A stretch of 64,000 nucleotides of DNA from Pseudothermotoga sp. (GTDB taxonomy: Bacteria > Thermotogota > Thermotogae > Thermotogales > DSM-5069): assembly GCA_031962025.1 (NCBI GenBank), contig JAVRKW010000001.1; one strand, given 5' to 3'. The position numbers and the translations under genes are program-made. The notes beneath the pieces were generated by a model that made no database searches, was not told the origin of the DNA, and worked only from the letters and a program-made list of their open reading frames with translations. How positions within the stretch are numbered: the stretch's first letter is position 1; each line of letters starts with the position of its first letter. Positions 1 through 10,485 of the stretch are shown in pieces.

Positions 1-1
1 A

Positions 2-1333
2 GGTGTTGTGAAAATGTACGTCTGTGGTCCAACTGTGTACGGGCTTATCCATATTGGTAATGCAAGACCGATGGTTGTGTTTGATGCACTAAGACGGTAT
101 TTTGAGTACAGAGGATATCGCGTAATTATGGTCCAGAATTTCACTGACATAGATGATAAGATCATCATTCGTGCGAATGAACTGGGTGTTACCTTCAAAG
201 ATGTCGCAGAAAGTTATATATCTGAGTACTGGCGTGATGCAGCTACACTGGGTGTCAGAGCTCCGAATTTTGCACCCAAGACTTCAGATTTCATTTCGGA
301 AATAATCTCCTCAATCCAGGAACTGATCAAAAAAGGATATGCTTATGTTGTTGATGAAGACGTGTACTTTGATGTCAAGAGCTTTCCAAGATATGGAGAG
401 CTGTCTCACAGGTCACTGGAGGACATGATATCAGGTGCAAGGGTAGAAGTGAATGAGAAAAAGCGCAACCCGCTGGATTTTGCACTTTGGAAATCGGCAA
501 AACCCAACGAGCCCGCATGGCAAAGTCCGTGGGGACTGGGAAGACCGGGATGGCACATAGAGTGTACTATAATGTCCACAAAGCTCCTTGGCTCTACGCT
601 AGACATACATGCCGGTGGGGAAGATCTGATATTCCCTCATCACGAAAACGAAAAAGCACAGAGTGAAGCTTTAACCGGTCAGCCCTTTGTTAAATACTGG
701 ATGCACAATGGAATGATCAGATTCTCAGGTGATAAAATGAGCAAATCAACTGGAAATATCTTTTTACTGCGCGAAGCACTCAGAGAATTCGGGGCTGACG
801 CACTCAAACTTTTCTTTTTGTCAAAACACTACAGGAGTCCGATAGATTTTTCCCAGCAGGCGATTATGAGTACCATGAAGGCTGCAAAACGTGTCTGGGA
901 AACCTTCAGTAGGTTTGAATCAAAGTATCCAGTACCACCTCTGGTGAAAAGTGATCAGTGGATTGATGAGAAAAGATCCATTTTCTGCCAAGCACTTGAC
1001 AACGATTTCAATACACCCGAAGCTGTCGCAATGATTTTTGACTTGGTAAATGAATTGAACCGGGCAATGGACGACGGTAAAGATGAAATGGCTTTGAAAA
1101 TTTATCATCTATTGAGAAGAGAATTCTGTCCCGTTCTGGGATTGTTTGAGCTTCCTCATCGGTCAACCGACAGATCTGTAAAAGAAATTCTTCAGATTCT
1201 GATCGATGTGCGAAACGAATTGAGATCAAGAAAGATATACGACTTATCCGATGAAATTCGTTTCAGACTCAAAGAAAATGGAATTGAGCTTAAGGACAAA
1301 CCCGATGGAACAGAATACATTTTGGAGGTGTGA
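2..1333 (+). CDS. cysS: Cysteine--tRNA ligase (5' end lies before the window)
   Basis: [37 protein letters not shown] and KMSKS motifs; frame open to the window edge. Confidence 0.97.
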   Translation, partial: GVVKMYVCGPTVYGLIHIGNARPMVVFDALRRYFEYRGYRVIMVQNFTDIDDKIIIRANELGVTFKDVAESYISEYWRDAATLGVRAPNFAPKTSDFISEIISSIQELIKKGYAYVVDEDVYFDVKSFPRYGELSHRSLEDMISGARVEVNEKKRNPLDFALWKSAKPNEPAWQSPWGLGRPGWHIECTIMSTKLLGSTLDIHAGGEDLIFPHHENEKAQSEALTGQPFVKYWMHNGMIRFSGDKMSKSTGNIFLLREALREFGADALKLFFLSKHYRSPIDFSQQAIMSTMKAAKRVWETFSRFESKYPVPPLVKSDQWIDEKRSIFCQALDNDFNTPEAVAMIFDLVNELNRAMDDGKDEMALKIYHLLRREFCPVLGLFELPHRSTDRSVKEILQILIDVRNELRSRKIYDLSDEIRFRLKENGIELKDKPDGTEYILEV

Positions 1334-1336
1334 TAA

Positions 1337-2611
1337 ATGTGGGAACATGTGAAACTGACAGATCCAGATGTTTACCAAGCGATAATAGGTGAATTGCAAA
1401 GAGAGGAATACGGCATCGAACTCATAGCCTCAGAGAACTTCGCTTCCGTTGCTGTCATGGAAGCAATGGGGAGTGTTCTGACAAACAAATACGCTGAAGG
1501 ATACCCTTCGAAACGATATTATGGTGGTTGCGAGTGGGTTGATAAAGTCGAAGAATTAGCTAGAGAAAGGGCAAAACAGCTCTTTAAGGTTCAATATGCC
1601 AACGTACAGCCGCACTCTGGTTCACAGGCAAACATGGCTGCATATCTTTCAGTAGCTGAAGCCGGAGATCTTTTGATGGGAATGAGCCTTTCACATGGTG
1701 GGCATCTCACACACGGTGCGGTTGTCAACTTTTCCGGTAAGCTGTTCAGAGCAGTTCAGTATGGTGTAGACCCAGAGACTGAAATGATAGATTACGATCA
1801 GGTAAGAAAACTTGCGCTCGAGCACAAGCCTAAGATCATAGTGGCTGGTGGAAGTGCATATTCCAGAATAATAGACTTTAAACGCTTCCGTGAGATAGCC
1901 GATGAAGTTGGTGCATATCTTGTGGTTGACATGGCTCACTTCGCCGGACTGGTTGCCGCGGGTATCTATCCAAATCCATGTGAATATGCACACATAGTCA
2001 CCTCAACCACTCACAAAACACTCAGAGGACCGCGTGGAGGTTTGATTCTTACAAATGATCAGGAAATCTACAAGGCGATAAACAAGACCGTCTTTCCAGG
2101 TACTCAAGGTGGTCCACTGATGCATGTCATAGCTGCAAAAGCAGTTTGTTTCAAAGAAGCAATGACTGATGCTTTCAAAGAGTATCAAAAACAGATAGTT
2201 GCAAACGCAAAGACCATGGCTGAAGAACTGTCCAATTTGGGATTGAGAATAGTTTCAGGTGGCACCGATACACATTTGATGCTTGTGGATTTAAATCCGC
2301 TGAATGTAACAGGAAAAGCAGCCGAAAAAGCACTTGAAAGTTGTGGCATAACTGTCAACAAGAATACCATTCCAAATGAAACACGTTCACCTTTTGTTGC
2401 AAGCGGTATCAGAATCGGTACGCCAGCTGTCACCACAAGGGGAATGAAGGAGCAGGAAATGAAACAAATAGCTCATCTCATTCTCAAAGTACTCAAAAAC
2501 ATACTCAATGAAGATGGTAAAATACCAGATTCTATCCAAACAGAAGTCAGAGAATCTGTCAAAAGTTTGTGTGAGCGCTTCCCATTGTACGTTGGAAAAA
2601 TCACATTCTAA
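1337..2611 (+). CDS. glyA: Serine hydroxymethyltransferase
   Basis: [28 protein letters not shown] (PLP lysine), SGIRIGT. Confidence 0.98.
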   Translation: MWEHVKLTDPDVYQAIIGELQREEYGIELIASENFASVAVMEAMGSVLTNKYAEGYPSKRYYGGCEWVDKVEELARERAKQLFKVQYANVQPHSGSQANMAAYLSVAEAGDLLMGMSLSHGGHLTHGAVVNFSGKLFRAVQYGVDPETEMIDYDQVRKLALEHKPKIIVAGGSAYSRIIDFKRFREIADEVGAYLVVDMAHFAGLVAAGIYPNPCEYAHIVTSTTHKTLRGPRGGLILTNDQEIYKAINKTVFPGTQGGPLMHVIAAKAVCFKEAMTDAFKEYQKQIVANAKTMAEELSNLGLRIVSGGTDTHLMLVDLNPLNVTGKAAEKALESCGITVNKNTIPNETRSPFVASGIRIGTPAVTTRGMKEQEMKQIAHLILKVLKNILNEDGKIPDSIQTEVRESVKSLCERFPLYVGKITF

Positions 2612-2645
2612 ATAAAAAGGGCGTATGCGAATACGCCCTTTTTAT
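2612..2645. terminator. Bidirectional intrinsic terminator between convergent glyA and hisS
   Basis: Perfect 15-bp inverted repeat ATAAAAAGGGCGTAT-GCGA-ATACGCCCTTTTTAT with A/T tracts on both sides. Confidence 0.92.
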
Positions 2646-3928
2646 CTTTGCTCAAAGGTTCTAACTTTTTCGTTTTTCAATATGTCCAGAACATAGTCCA
2701 CGGCATAATCAAATTCAACTTCAGATTGAGCTTGATTCAGCAGGTTCTTAACCTGCACTGTGTTTTTCAAAAGTTCATCCTCGCCTATTATAATCGCGAC
2801 AGTGGCATTCAGCCTGTTTGCATGTTTGAGTTGCATTTTGATCTGACGCGAATTGATATCGCTGATCACCACTATTTCACGCATTCTTAAAGAATTTGCT
2901 AATTCAAGTGCCTTGGTGATAGCCTGCTCACCAATAGGAGCTATATAGACATCGCACTGTGAAGGCTGTGGTATCTGTAATTTTTCAGATTTTATAGCCA
3001 GTATGAGTCTTTCGATTCCTGCGGCAAAACCGAGTGCCGGAAGGTCTGTACCACCCAGTTCCTTGCACAGACCATCGTATCTACCACCACCGAGTATTGT
3101 GCTCTGAGCACCCAGTAAATCGTGTTTCACTTCGAAAACCGTCCTTGTGTAATAATCAAGCCCTCTCACTAGGTTTCCATCTTCTTCAAATGGGATATTC
3201 AATTTTTCCAGAATGTGTTTGAGCTTCTCATAATGTGCTCTACATTCATCACACAGATATTCAACTGTTTTTGGTGCTCTCTGTGCTATTTCAATGTCTT
3301 TTTTGCAATCCAGAAGTCTCATGATATTGGATTGAAATCGTTTCTTGCAGTCATCACATACTTCTTCATAATGCTGGGTATAATATTGTTTTAAAGCGTT
3401 CCTGTATTCTATTCTGCATTTGGGACAGCCTATGGAATTCACGTATATCTTGTAAAGACTCAATCCAAGAGATTGCAGGAATGAATTTGCAAGCTGAATG
3501 ATTTCAGCATCTGCTGAAGGTTCAGCGGACCCTATCAGTTCTACTCCAAATTGGTGAAACTGTCTGAGCCTACCGGCTTGAGGCTTTTCATACCGAAACA
3601 TTGGTCCAATGTAATAAAATCTTTGCGGCAAACCATCGTTGATCATCGAATTTTCTATGAATGCCCTTATAGTTGGAGCGGTTCCCTCGGGTCTGAGTGT
3701 CAAACTTCTGCCGCCTTTATCGACAAAAGTGTACATTTCTTTTTGAACTATATCTGTTTCCTCTCCAACACTGCGCATAAAGAGTTCTGTTGATTCGAAA
3801 ATCGGTGTTCTTATTTCTCCATATCCAAACAACTTAGAGACGTGCCTGGCTTTGTTTTCAACAAAGGTCCAGTATGAAATTTCCTGTCCGTAGATATCGT
3901 TTGTTCCCTTAATGCGTTCGTATTTCAG
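2642..3928 (-). CDS. hisS: Histidine--tRNA ligase (probable CTG start)
   Basis: LRPEGTA, MFRYEKPQAGRLRQFHQ, LVRGLDYY, GGGRYDGL; frame extends 32 codons upstream of the ORF-track start (KYERIKGTND) to a CTG 8 nt after GGAGG. Confidence 0.96.
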   Translation of the reverse strand: MKYERIKGTNDIYGQEISYWTFVENKARHVSKLFGYGEIRTPIFESTELFMRSVGEETDIVQKEMYTFVDKGGRSLTLRPEGTAPTIRAFIENSMINDGLPQRFYYIGPMFRYEKPQAGRLRQFHQFGVELIGSAEPSADAEIIQLANSFLQSLGLSLYKIYVNSIGCPKCRIEYRNALKQYYTQHYEEVCDDCKKRFQSNIMRLLDCKKDIEIAQRAPKTVEYLCDECRAHYEKLKHILEKLNIPFEEDGNLVRGLDYYTRTVFEVKHDLLGAQSTILGGGRYDGLCKELGGTDLPALGFAAGIERLILAIKSEKLQIPQPSQCDVYIAPIGEQAITKALELANSLRMREIVVISDINSRQIKMQLKHANRLNATVAIIIGEDELLKNTVQVKNLLNQAQSEVEFDYAVDYVLDILKNEKVRTFEQR

Positions 3929-3947
3929 AATTCAACCCTCCCTTGAT

Positions 3948-5594
3948 TCATGATACCACAGCACCGATCTTGCTGAGTACACGCAAACACTCCTGATCAT
4001 TTTCTAAGATTTGTATCACCTGACTGATATCCTTGAAAGGTCTTTTGAGCAGGATTTTCTTTGCTCGTTTTTCACCAATTGTTGGAATTTGAATGAGCTC
4101 CTCGTACGAAGCTGTGTTCAAATTCAATGGATATCTGACAGCTGTAATCGATCTTGGACCGTGGTCAACCACCACAACATCTGAAACAGTTGTCAATTGC
4201 CCGGCTACACCAGCTAAAACAGGATAACTTCCAAGTTGTCTTGCAAATGTGATCTTTCCCTCCTGGTACTCAGGATATACATTGCGCAGCACACAACCAA
4301 CCGGGAAAACCTTTTGAATCATCGGTAGATCGATCTGTTCTCTTATTTTCTGTTTGTACAATCTGAACATTTCCCGGTTCATTTTCAACCTCTTCATCTG
4401 GGTGAATCTGTACAGAGGTGTGTCGGGTTCAACGATTACCTGTCTGATGTTGATCCTTCTTAACAGTAAGCCCATATCCAGTATCGACTTCAACCACCTG
4501 AGATTTTCATCGTAAGTTTGCTTTGTTTCTCCAATCAATCCATACAGTAAATTGATCCCTGGAAGCAGTTTTGGAACGCCATCAATTCTTACACCGCCGA
4601 TTTGGTTTACCAGTTGGATGGCTCTGAGTACCTGCTGCGGTGAATTCATTATGTTGTTCTTTTTGATAACCTCAAGATCGAAACTTTCAACGCCAAAAGA
4701 TAAAACATCACCGGGTGTATTCCATTTCACCATCGTTTGAAGAATTTTGGTACATTCTTTTTCATAATTTGCTATAAAAGCTGGGTTGGCATTATCGTGG
4801 TGCAAAACATTTATCTGAGGGCATCTTTCCCAGATAGTTCTGTACAGATCCTCGAAAACCGCAGGACATGGTTTACCGTCTTTATCAAAATAGTATGCTA
4901 GAACATTTGCAGATCTTCCAAATCTGAAAGCCCTGCAGCCGTTTTTGTACAGTTCCGTGATCTCATCTACAACATCCTCAACAGGTCTGGAAGAAAACTT
5001 TGGATAGAAGATGGGTTCTACACAAAAACTACAGTGAGTCTTCCTTTCGCAACCACGTGAAAGTTCCATCTCGCATATGATGTTCGGATACCTTGGATGC
5101 TGTTTAATTATCCAAGCACCTGACACAGATGCCATTTTAACGATTTCCCAGTTTTTCATACCTTCTTTTGAATCGAAAAGGCGGTTGTATAGATCGGCGG
5201 CTATATCTGGACCGAGTATGTGATCTGCGTCGAGTTCAGACCTTGTTGCTCTGGTTCCACCTTCACGCGCCTGGAAAAAAGAAAAGGGACCGGCAACAAA
5301 ACGAATGCTTTTCTTGCAAAGTTCCAGTACTTTTTTGAGTTCGCTGTAGGACATTGGCTCTCCACCTACATATCTGCCGGGGACAGTTATACCTGCAATG
5401 ATCAAAACAAGATCAAAACGAGTTAATTGGTTCCAGAGATTTTCATTGCGCACCTGATCTATGGTGTAATAAGTCACGTCGTAGTTTTTCATTGTGAGAA
5501 TTCCAGCGGCATAACGAACGTAATGGCTTACATAAGGGGGTACCCCAAAGGCAGCCGGTTCATCTACATAACCATCTAAAATCAATGCCTTCAT
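3948..5594 (-). CDS. Radical SAM protein with C-terminal helix-hairpin-helix (COG1031-like)
   Basis: ILDGYVDEPAAFGVPPY N-terminus, RGCERKTHCSFC (CX5CX2C), C-terminal LNLNTASYEELIQIPTIGEKRA HhH. Confidence 0.85.
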   Translation of the reverse strand: MKALILDGYVDEPAAFGVPPYVSHYVRYAAGILTMKNYDVTYYTIDQVRNENLWNQLTRFDLVLIIAGITVPGRYVGGEPMSYSELKKVLELCKKSIRFVAGPFSFFQAREGGTRATRSELDADHILGPDIAADLYNRLFDSKEGMKNWEIVKMASVSGAWIIKQHPRYPNIICEMELSRGCERKTHCSFCVEPIFYPKFSSRPVEDVVDEITELYKNGCRAFRFGRSANVLAYYFDKDGKPCPAVFEDLYRTIWERCPQINVLHHDNANPAFIANYEKECTKILQTMVKWNTPGDVLSFGVESFDLEVIKKNNIMNSPQQVLRAIQLVNQIGGVRIDGVPKLLPGINLLYGLIGETKQTYDENLRWLKSILDMGLLLRRINIRQVIVEPDTPLYRFTQMKRLKMNREMFRLYKQKIREQIDLPMIQKVFPVGCVLRNVYPEYQEGKITFARQLGSYPVLAGVAGQLTTVSDVVVVDHGPRSITAVRYPLNLNTASYEELIQIPTIGEKRAKKILLKRPFKDISQVIQILENDQECLRVLSKIGAVVS

Positions 5595-5598
5595 GGTT

Positions 5599-6420
5599 TT
5601 ATTTTTCTAACAACTGTTTGATTTGTTTCAGGACGTTTTCATCCTGGGTGATCACATATATGTAATAACCCTGACCGCTGCATTGGAGCATTTTCTCGTT
5701 TTGTTCTGTGTTCACATTGACTTCTTTTGAAGCGTATACCACTTTTAAGATAGATCCAGATTTGTGATTAGCCATGATCAAAATGACCTGTTCTTCACCG
5801 ATTTTAAGACGTGAAATTGTATACCAGGATACTGTTTGCAAGATCTCTTTGATCTCATTTGGAAAGTTGATGGTCGTTTCACTTGGACGAATGTTGTATT
5901 TGCTGGCGACTTCATCGAATTTTTGTGAAAGCGGTTGCACTCCTTCGTAAGTTAGCTCCGTTGTCATACCCTGAAAAACACGGGTTATTTTCTCGGGGTA
6001 TCCTTTTTCATTTATTATTGCCGTGAAAAGACCAGACGGTGAATCGACAACAACCCTGTATTTTCCATCAATTTTTTCTGTCTTTGAAATACCCACCTGT
6101 TTTAGCTGTCTTATGAAGAGATCTTCAAGATCAAGGATTTCAAGCGGTGATATGCGCAGATTATTCGGTTCTCCTATGACGAATGAACCGGAGTGTTTTG
6201 CCCAGATCAAGATTATCGGTGACAGAACCTGAACGATTTTATCCTCAGGCCATCTGTAAACCAGTTCAATTCTGCTTTTATTGCTGGTACCACGTTCTAT
6301 CACAACTCGTCTTCCAAAATAAGAGTTGGTCAAAAAAAGATCGATAAATGACTGACAAAATGCGGCTACAACACATGCAACAATACAAAAGGATATCAAA
6401 GTTTTTCTCATTTCATCCAT
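5599..6420 (-). CDS. Exported protein, candidate RseB/MucB-like (LolA-fold) partner of the anti-sigma factor
   Basis: N-terminal signal peptide, beta-rich, third gene of an ECF sigma/anti-sigma operon; function inferred from position. Confidence 0.45.
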   Translation of the reverse strand: MDEMRKTLISFCIVACVVAAFCQSFIDLFLTNSYFGRRVVIERGTSNKSRIELVYRWPEDKIVQVLSPIILIWAKHSGSFVIGEPNNLRISPLEILDLEDLFIRQLKQVGISKTEKIDGKYRVVVDSPSGLFTAIINEKGYPEKITRVFQGMTTELTYEGVQPLSQKFDEVASKYNIRPSETTINFPNEIKEILQTVSWYTISRLKIGEEQVILIMANHKSGSILKVVYASKEVNVNTEQNEKMLQCSGQGYYIYVITQDENVLKQIKQLLEK

Positions 6421-6435
6421 CGCTCCTAAGGCAAC

Positions 6436-6789
6436 TCAGAAACCATCTCCAACTAACTTGACTAAACTGAGATAATCAAAGACTTCACTCACAGAAGCTT
6501 GCTGAGATCTTACTGTAATCGGAATCTTTGTCGGCAAGATGTTGAGCGTGATAAAAAACAACGCAACAGCTACAGATGCAGCTATTAATACTTCTGAGAG
6601 CAATTCTCTTTTCCTGTGAACCTTTGACATTATGCGTTTTTCGAGAATTTCACTTGGTTTGTAATCATACCGCAATTTCATGACCTGTATCGTGCTGGCA
6701 TACATCTTCACATCTTGCCTTGTTTTTTCGTCTAATTCTTCTTTGGACAATTCTCCATCGAGGAATTTTTGAAAACTCTCCTCGTTCAT
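6436..6789 (-). CDS. Putative membrane-anchored anti-sigma factor
   Basis: FQKFLDGELS RseA-like N-terminus, one TM helix (LIAASVAVALFFITL), ATGA overlap with the ECF sigma gene. Confidence 0.75.
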   Translation of the reverse strand: MNEESFQKFLDGELSKEELDEKTRQDVKMYASTIQVMKLRYDYKPSEILEKRIMSKVHRKRELLSEVLIAASVAVALFFITLNILPTKIPITVRSQQASVSEVFDYLSLVKLVGDGF

Positions 6790-7340
6790 TCATTCGCCTC
6801 CTCAAGCAACTTCTTGAGTCTTTTTCTTGCATAATGAAGACTACTCTTGACACTCCCAACTGGTTTATCGACTATCTGGCTGATTTCTTCGTAACTCAAT
6901 CCGTCAACATCTCTGAGCTTTATCAATAATCTATCGTCTGCCGATAACTTTTCTATTGCATCCATGATCTTCTCATAAGCTATTTCTCCGGTTGCTTGTA
7001 AAACTGTATCAGATTCTGATACTGGATGTGGCATCGTACTTTCCTCATCTTCTGTGAAATCTGTCAGTATTTCGTTTCTTTTCCTATATTTTGACAGGTA
7101 ATCTTTGCAAACATTGATCGCTATTCTGTAAATCCAGGTAGAGAGCTTGGAATCTCCTTTGAATTTTTTAACGCCTTTGAAAATTCTCAACATGACTTCT
7201 TGGACCACATCATCGACATCATCTGCTCCTAAGTAAGTTCTTGCAACGCTCCCTATCCTGCTGGCGTACTCTCTGTAAAGCCATCTGTATGCCCAATCTT
7301 CGCCACGTCTGAGTCCTTTGAGGAGTTCTTCGTCTTGCAT
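6786..7340 (-). CDS. ECF sigma-70 family factor (RpoE/SigW-like)
   Basis: Region 2 DDVVQEVM...FKGDSKLSTWIYRIAIN; region 4 GLSYEEIS...GSVKSSLHYARKRL; 184 aa. Confidence 0.93.
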   Translation of the reverse strand: MQDEELLKGLRRGEDWAYRWLYREYASRIGSVARTYLGADDVDDVVQEVMLRIFKGVKKFKGDSKLSTWIYRIAINVCKDYLSKYRKRNEILTDFTEDEESTMPHPVSESDTVLQATGEIAYEKIMDAIEKLSADDRLLIKLRDVDGLSYEEISQIVDKPVGSVKSSLHYARKRLKKLLEEANE

Positions 7341-7354
7341 TGTTTTCCTCCTAT

Positions 7355-7382
7355 TTTGACATGAGAGAACTTCTAAAAGTTC
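7355..7382 (-). promoter_or_regulatory. SigmaE-type promoter upstream of the ECF sigma gene (likely autoregulatory)
   Basis: Minus strand GAACTT-N16-GTCAAA directly before AGGAGG and the ATG. Confidence 0.75.
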
Positions 7383-7884
7383 ACCGGCAGATCACTCTGT
7401 TTGCTTCGCATTCGATTGTACCAATCTCTTTGAACACAATTTCACCAACAGGATTATCGATACCCGCAAGATAATCAGATAAGTGCAAATGTAAACATTT
7501 GACCCTTCTCAAGTCTCTTATGCCACCGCTTCCAACTTCGCTCAATTTTTCCTTTATATTTTCATCGTTGATCAGCTCGGCTCTTATTTGCTGAATTTTT
7601 TTGTGAGCTCTGAGATACCTATCTTCGAACACTGGATCTTGTGATATCAATTCTTCAAATTTTGAAATCCATCCAGCTGCTTCCAAACGCGAAACTGATT
7701 TAACCAGATAAGGACAGGTCAACCAGTAAAGAGTTGGAAAAGGTTTTCCATCGATCACCGGACAGCTTTCGATCAACATTGGATAGCCATATCTGCACCT
7801 TTTCACAACCCGATTTATTCCCTTTGGAGAACGACCTATCTGTTTTTTGATTTTCAGAAAATCCTCGCGGCAAATGCTTTCCAA
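7381..7884 (-). CDS. DUF501 family protein
   Basis: QIGR, PFPTLYWLTCPYL, SRLE, GSGG, VKCLHLH, NPVG motifs. Confidence 0.85.
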   Translation of the reverse strand: MESICREDFLKIKKQIGRSPKGINRVVKRCRYGYPMLIESCPVIDGKPFPTLYWLTCPYLVKSVSRLEAAGWISKFEELISQDPVFEDRYLRAHKKIQQIRAELINDENIKEKLSEVGSGGIRDLRRVKCLHLHLSDYLAGIDNPVGEIVFKEIGTIECEANRVICR

Positions 7885-8660
7885 TTTTGCATTTCACCCT
7901 CAGAGAGTATTTCAAAATTCTTATCCTGTAGATGTTTTCTGACGAGCGACTCATCTTTTATTGGTATACCAGACACGATCAATACAGATCCAACATTGGT
8001 TACCCTGTCAATTTGATCAATCAATTTTATTATCACCGGTGTCAATATGTTCGCAACCACAAGATCGTATTTACCATCGACGTTGCTCACCAGATCAGAA
8101 AGTACTACATTTACATTTACTCGATTTTCCCGTACAAATTCTCTGGCAACATCAACGGCAACTGGATCGTTATCAACGGCTGTAACTGTTTTTGCACCGA
8201 GCTTTGCGGCTATAATTGCAAGTATTGCCGTACCGCAACCGACATCCAGAACGCTGAAGGTATCTTTTAGGTACCTGACCATCAATCTGGCTGCAAGAAC
8301 TGTTGTGGGATGATCGCCTGTGCCAAAGGCTGCTGATGGCTTCATTTTGACAACTGTGGCATCTTGCTTGTTGAATCTACCCTTTGGATCTACCCAAACA
8401 CCATCGACGATCTCAAAAGGCTCAAGCTTCATATACTTGAACCAGTCATTCACCTGGGAGCTTTTCTTTTCAACAAGCTCACTACGAGTTAATTTTAGAA
8501 TGTGTCTGACAAATTCTTCATCATCTGTGTACAGGATTACTTTTGTTCTATTCTGTTCATGTTCCACAGCGTAATTGAAAAAATCTCTTGAAATCAGTTC
8601 TTCTTCGAGAATTTCTATATCAGCAGTTACCAGATGCCATTCACTTATTTTTCTGAGCAT
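7854..8660 (-). CDS. prmA: Ribosomal protein L11 methyltransferase
   Basis: PSAAFGTGDHPTT, VLDVGCGTAILAI, DLVVANI, VSGI. Confidence 0.92.
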   Translation of the reverse strand: MLRKISEWHLVTADIEILEEELISRDFFNYAVEHEQNRTKVILYTDDEEFVRHILKLTRSELVEKKSSQVNDWFKYMKLEPFEIVDGVWVDPKGRFNKQDATVVKMKPSAAFGTGDHPTTVLAARLMVRYLKDTFSVLDVGCGTAILAIIAAKLGAKTVTAVDNDPVAVDVAREFVRENRVNVNVVLSDLVSNVDGKYDLVVANILTPVIIKLIDQIDRVTNVGSVLIVSGIPIKDESLVRKHLQDKNFEILSEGEMQNWKAFAARIF

Positions 8661-9532
8661 TATGCTTTCCCTTCGAGTTCATTTTTGATGAAATTTGGAA
8701 GTACAAAAGCCGCCTTATGTATTTCTTCGTTGTAATACTTGAGATCCTTAGACATCTTTTTTGCATCTTCAACTCTGAAATCTTTCATTGGATCTGTTTG
8801 CTTTGAAGCAAAGATGTACAACCAGTAACCAGAAGGATATGTTGGCATGAATCCTTGATACACTCGAACAATCGGGAAAGCATTACGAACCCTTTTATAT
8901 GCAATTTTAAGCCATCCGAAATCGTATAAAGGATTCTCAGCCTCTGCTGTCATTACACCATTATCTTTGAGTGCATCATAACAGGATTTATAGAAATCCT
9001 GTGTAAAGAGATGTCCACCCTCGCCAGCCGTTGGATCTGTTGAATCGATTATTATGACGTCAAACTGATTTCGAACGTGTTTTATGTATTCCGCACCATT
9101 TTCAAAGACTAACTCAACTTTTTCGCTTTCTAAAGCTACTCCGGTTTTGAGATATTGCTTTGAAACTTCAACTACACGTCTATCTATCTCGCAAAGAACT
9201 GCTTTCTCAATCTGTGGATGTCTGAGTACTTCTCGCAATGTTCCGCCGTCACCGCCGCCGATGATCAAGACGGATTTTGGATCTGGGTGTGAAAACAGCG
9301 CAACATGTGCGAGCATCTCGTGGTACATGAATTCATCCACATCTGTTGTCATGGTGATTCCATCCAGTGCAAACACCCTGCCCAGAGTTGGGTTGTCAAA
9401 GATATCTATTCTTTGATACGGAGTTTGTTCTGAGTGGATTATCCGGCTTATTCTCATCACAAGACCGACATCTCCGCCGGAGAAATAGTCGAAAAACCAC
9501 AGATGTTTTCCTGGGACAACTTTTTCAGACAC
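8660..9532 (-). CDS. speE: Polyamine aminopropyltransferase (spermidine synthase)
   Basis: [39 protein letters not shown]. Confidence 0.96.
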   Translation of the reverse strand: MSEKVVPGKHLWFFDYFSGGDVGLVMRISRIIHSEQTPYQRIDIFDNPTLGRVFALDGITMTTDVDEFMYHEMLAHVALFSHPDPKSVLIIGGGDGGTLREVLRHPQIEKAVLCEIDRRVVEVSKQYLKTGVALESEKVELVFENGAEYIKHVRNQFDVIIIDSTDPTAGEGGHLFTQDFYKSCYDALKDNGVMTAEAENPLYDFGWLKIAYKRVRNAFPIVRVYQGFMPTYPSGYWLYIFASKQTDPMKDFRVEDAKKMSKDLKYYNEEIHKAAFVLPNFIKNELEGKA

Positions 9533-9944
9533 TGTATACTCCTCCCTTCACTGCTTTGTGTGGCGAATTCATTGGTATACCTATTGCTCTGTAATCGCCT
9601 CGAGTATGCTCAAAAACTTGTGTCCTCTTTGCATTGAAAGCTTCTTTTAAATAATCAAAGGCTTTCCATGGGTCGGTGTCCTCTCCGCATGTGAACAAGT
9701 CGATTGCGGCATAGCCGTATTCGGGCCAGGTGTGAATCGTCAGATGTGATTCAGAGATGACAACTACACCGCTCACTCCGTAGGGGAGGAACCTATGGAA
9801 CGAGCTACCAACTATTGTTGCACCGGCAACAATAGCAGCATCTTTCATCTTTTGTTCAACAAGTGCCACATCGTCAAGTGCCTTTTGATCACAGTCGTAA
9901 AACTCCGCAATCAGGTGTCTTCCCAGACTTTTTTTCATTGCCAA
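9525..9944 (-). CDS. speD: S-adenosylmethionine decarboxylase proenzyme
   Basis: [36 protein letters not shown] (pyruvoyl self-cleavage E|S). Confidence 0.95.
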   Translation of the reverse strand: MAMKKSLGRHLIAEFYDCDQKALDDVALVEQKMKDAAIVAGATIVGSSFHRFLPYGVSGVVVISESHLTIHTWPEYGYAAIDLFTCGEDTDPWKAFDYLKEAFNAKRTQVFEHTRGDYRAIGIPMNSPHKAVKGGVYSV

Positions 9945-9954
9945 TCCCTCCCCA

Positions 9955-10485
9955 TCAATCGATTTCTATCCACAGAACAATTGCATCCTTCTTTTTACTT
10001 GGATTCTTCAGAAAGTGTTTTTTATCAGCTCGGTAATAAAAACAATCACCCTGTGACAGTCTGTACCTTACGCCATCAAGCCATAAATCCACCTTACCTT
10101 GTAAGACATAACCAAATTCGTCACCCTCATGGTAATCCTCTTCTTCTGTTTGTGCACCGGGTTTGAGATTTACCAGAACAGGATCTATTTTTTTTGTCTC
10201 AACATCGCTCATCAGCAATTGCGAAGTAACCCCTTCTGGTTCATCATAAACTGGTATTCTGTCTTCTTTTCTAAAGACTATTTTGCTTTCTTCTTCAGAA
10301 AAAAATGCTTTTAGATCAGTTCCAAGTGCACGCAATATTTTCTCCAATGTGTCGACGGACAAAGATGTCTTATTGCTTTCAAGCTGTGATATAAAACTTC
10401 TTGAAAGATCTGTGCGCATCGCCAGCTCTTCCTGCGTTAATCCACGGGACATTCTCAGTCTTTTTACCTTTTCCCCTATATCCAT
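9955..10485 (-). CDS. XRE-HTH/cupin transcriptional regulator (PuuR-like)
   Basis: N-terminal HTH (LTQEELA...SFISQLE), cupin [15 protein letters not shown] at 10485 follows GAGGTG. Confidence 0.88.
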   Translation of the reverse strand: MDIGEKVKRLRMSRGLTQEELAMRTDLSRSFISQLESNKTSLSVDTLEKILRALGTDLKAFFSEEESKIVFRKEDRIPVYDEPEGVTSQLLMSDVETKKIDPVLVNLKPGAQTEEEDYHEGDEFGYVLQGKVDLWLDGVRYRLSQGDCFYYRADKKHFLKNPSKKKDAIVLWIEID

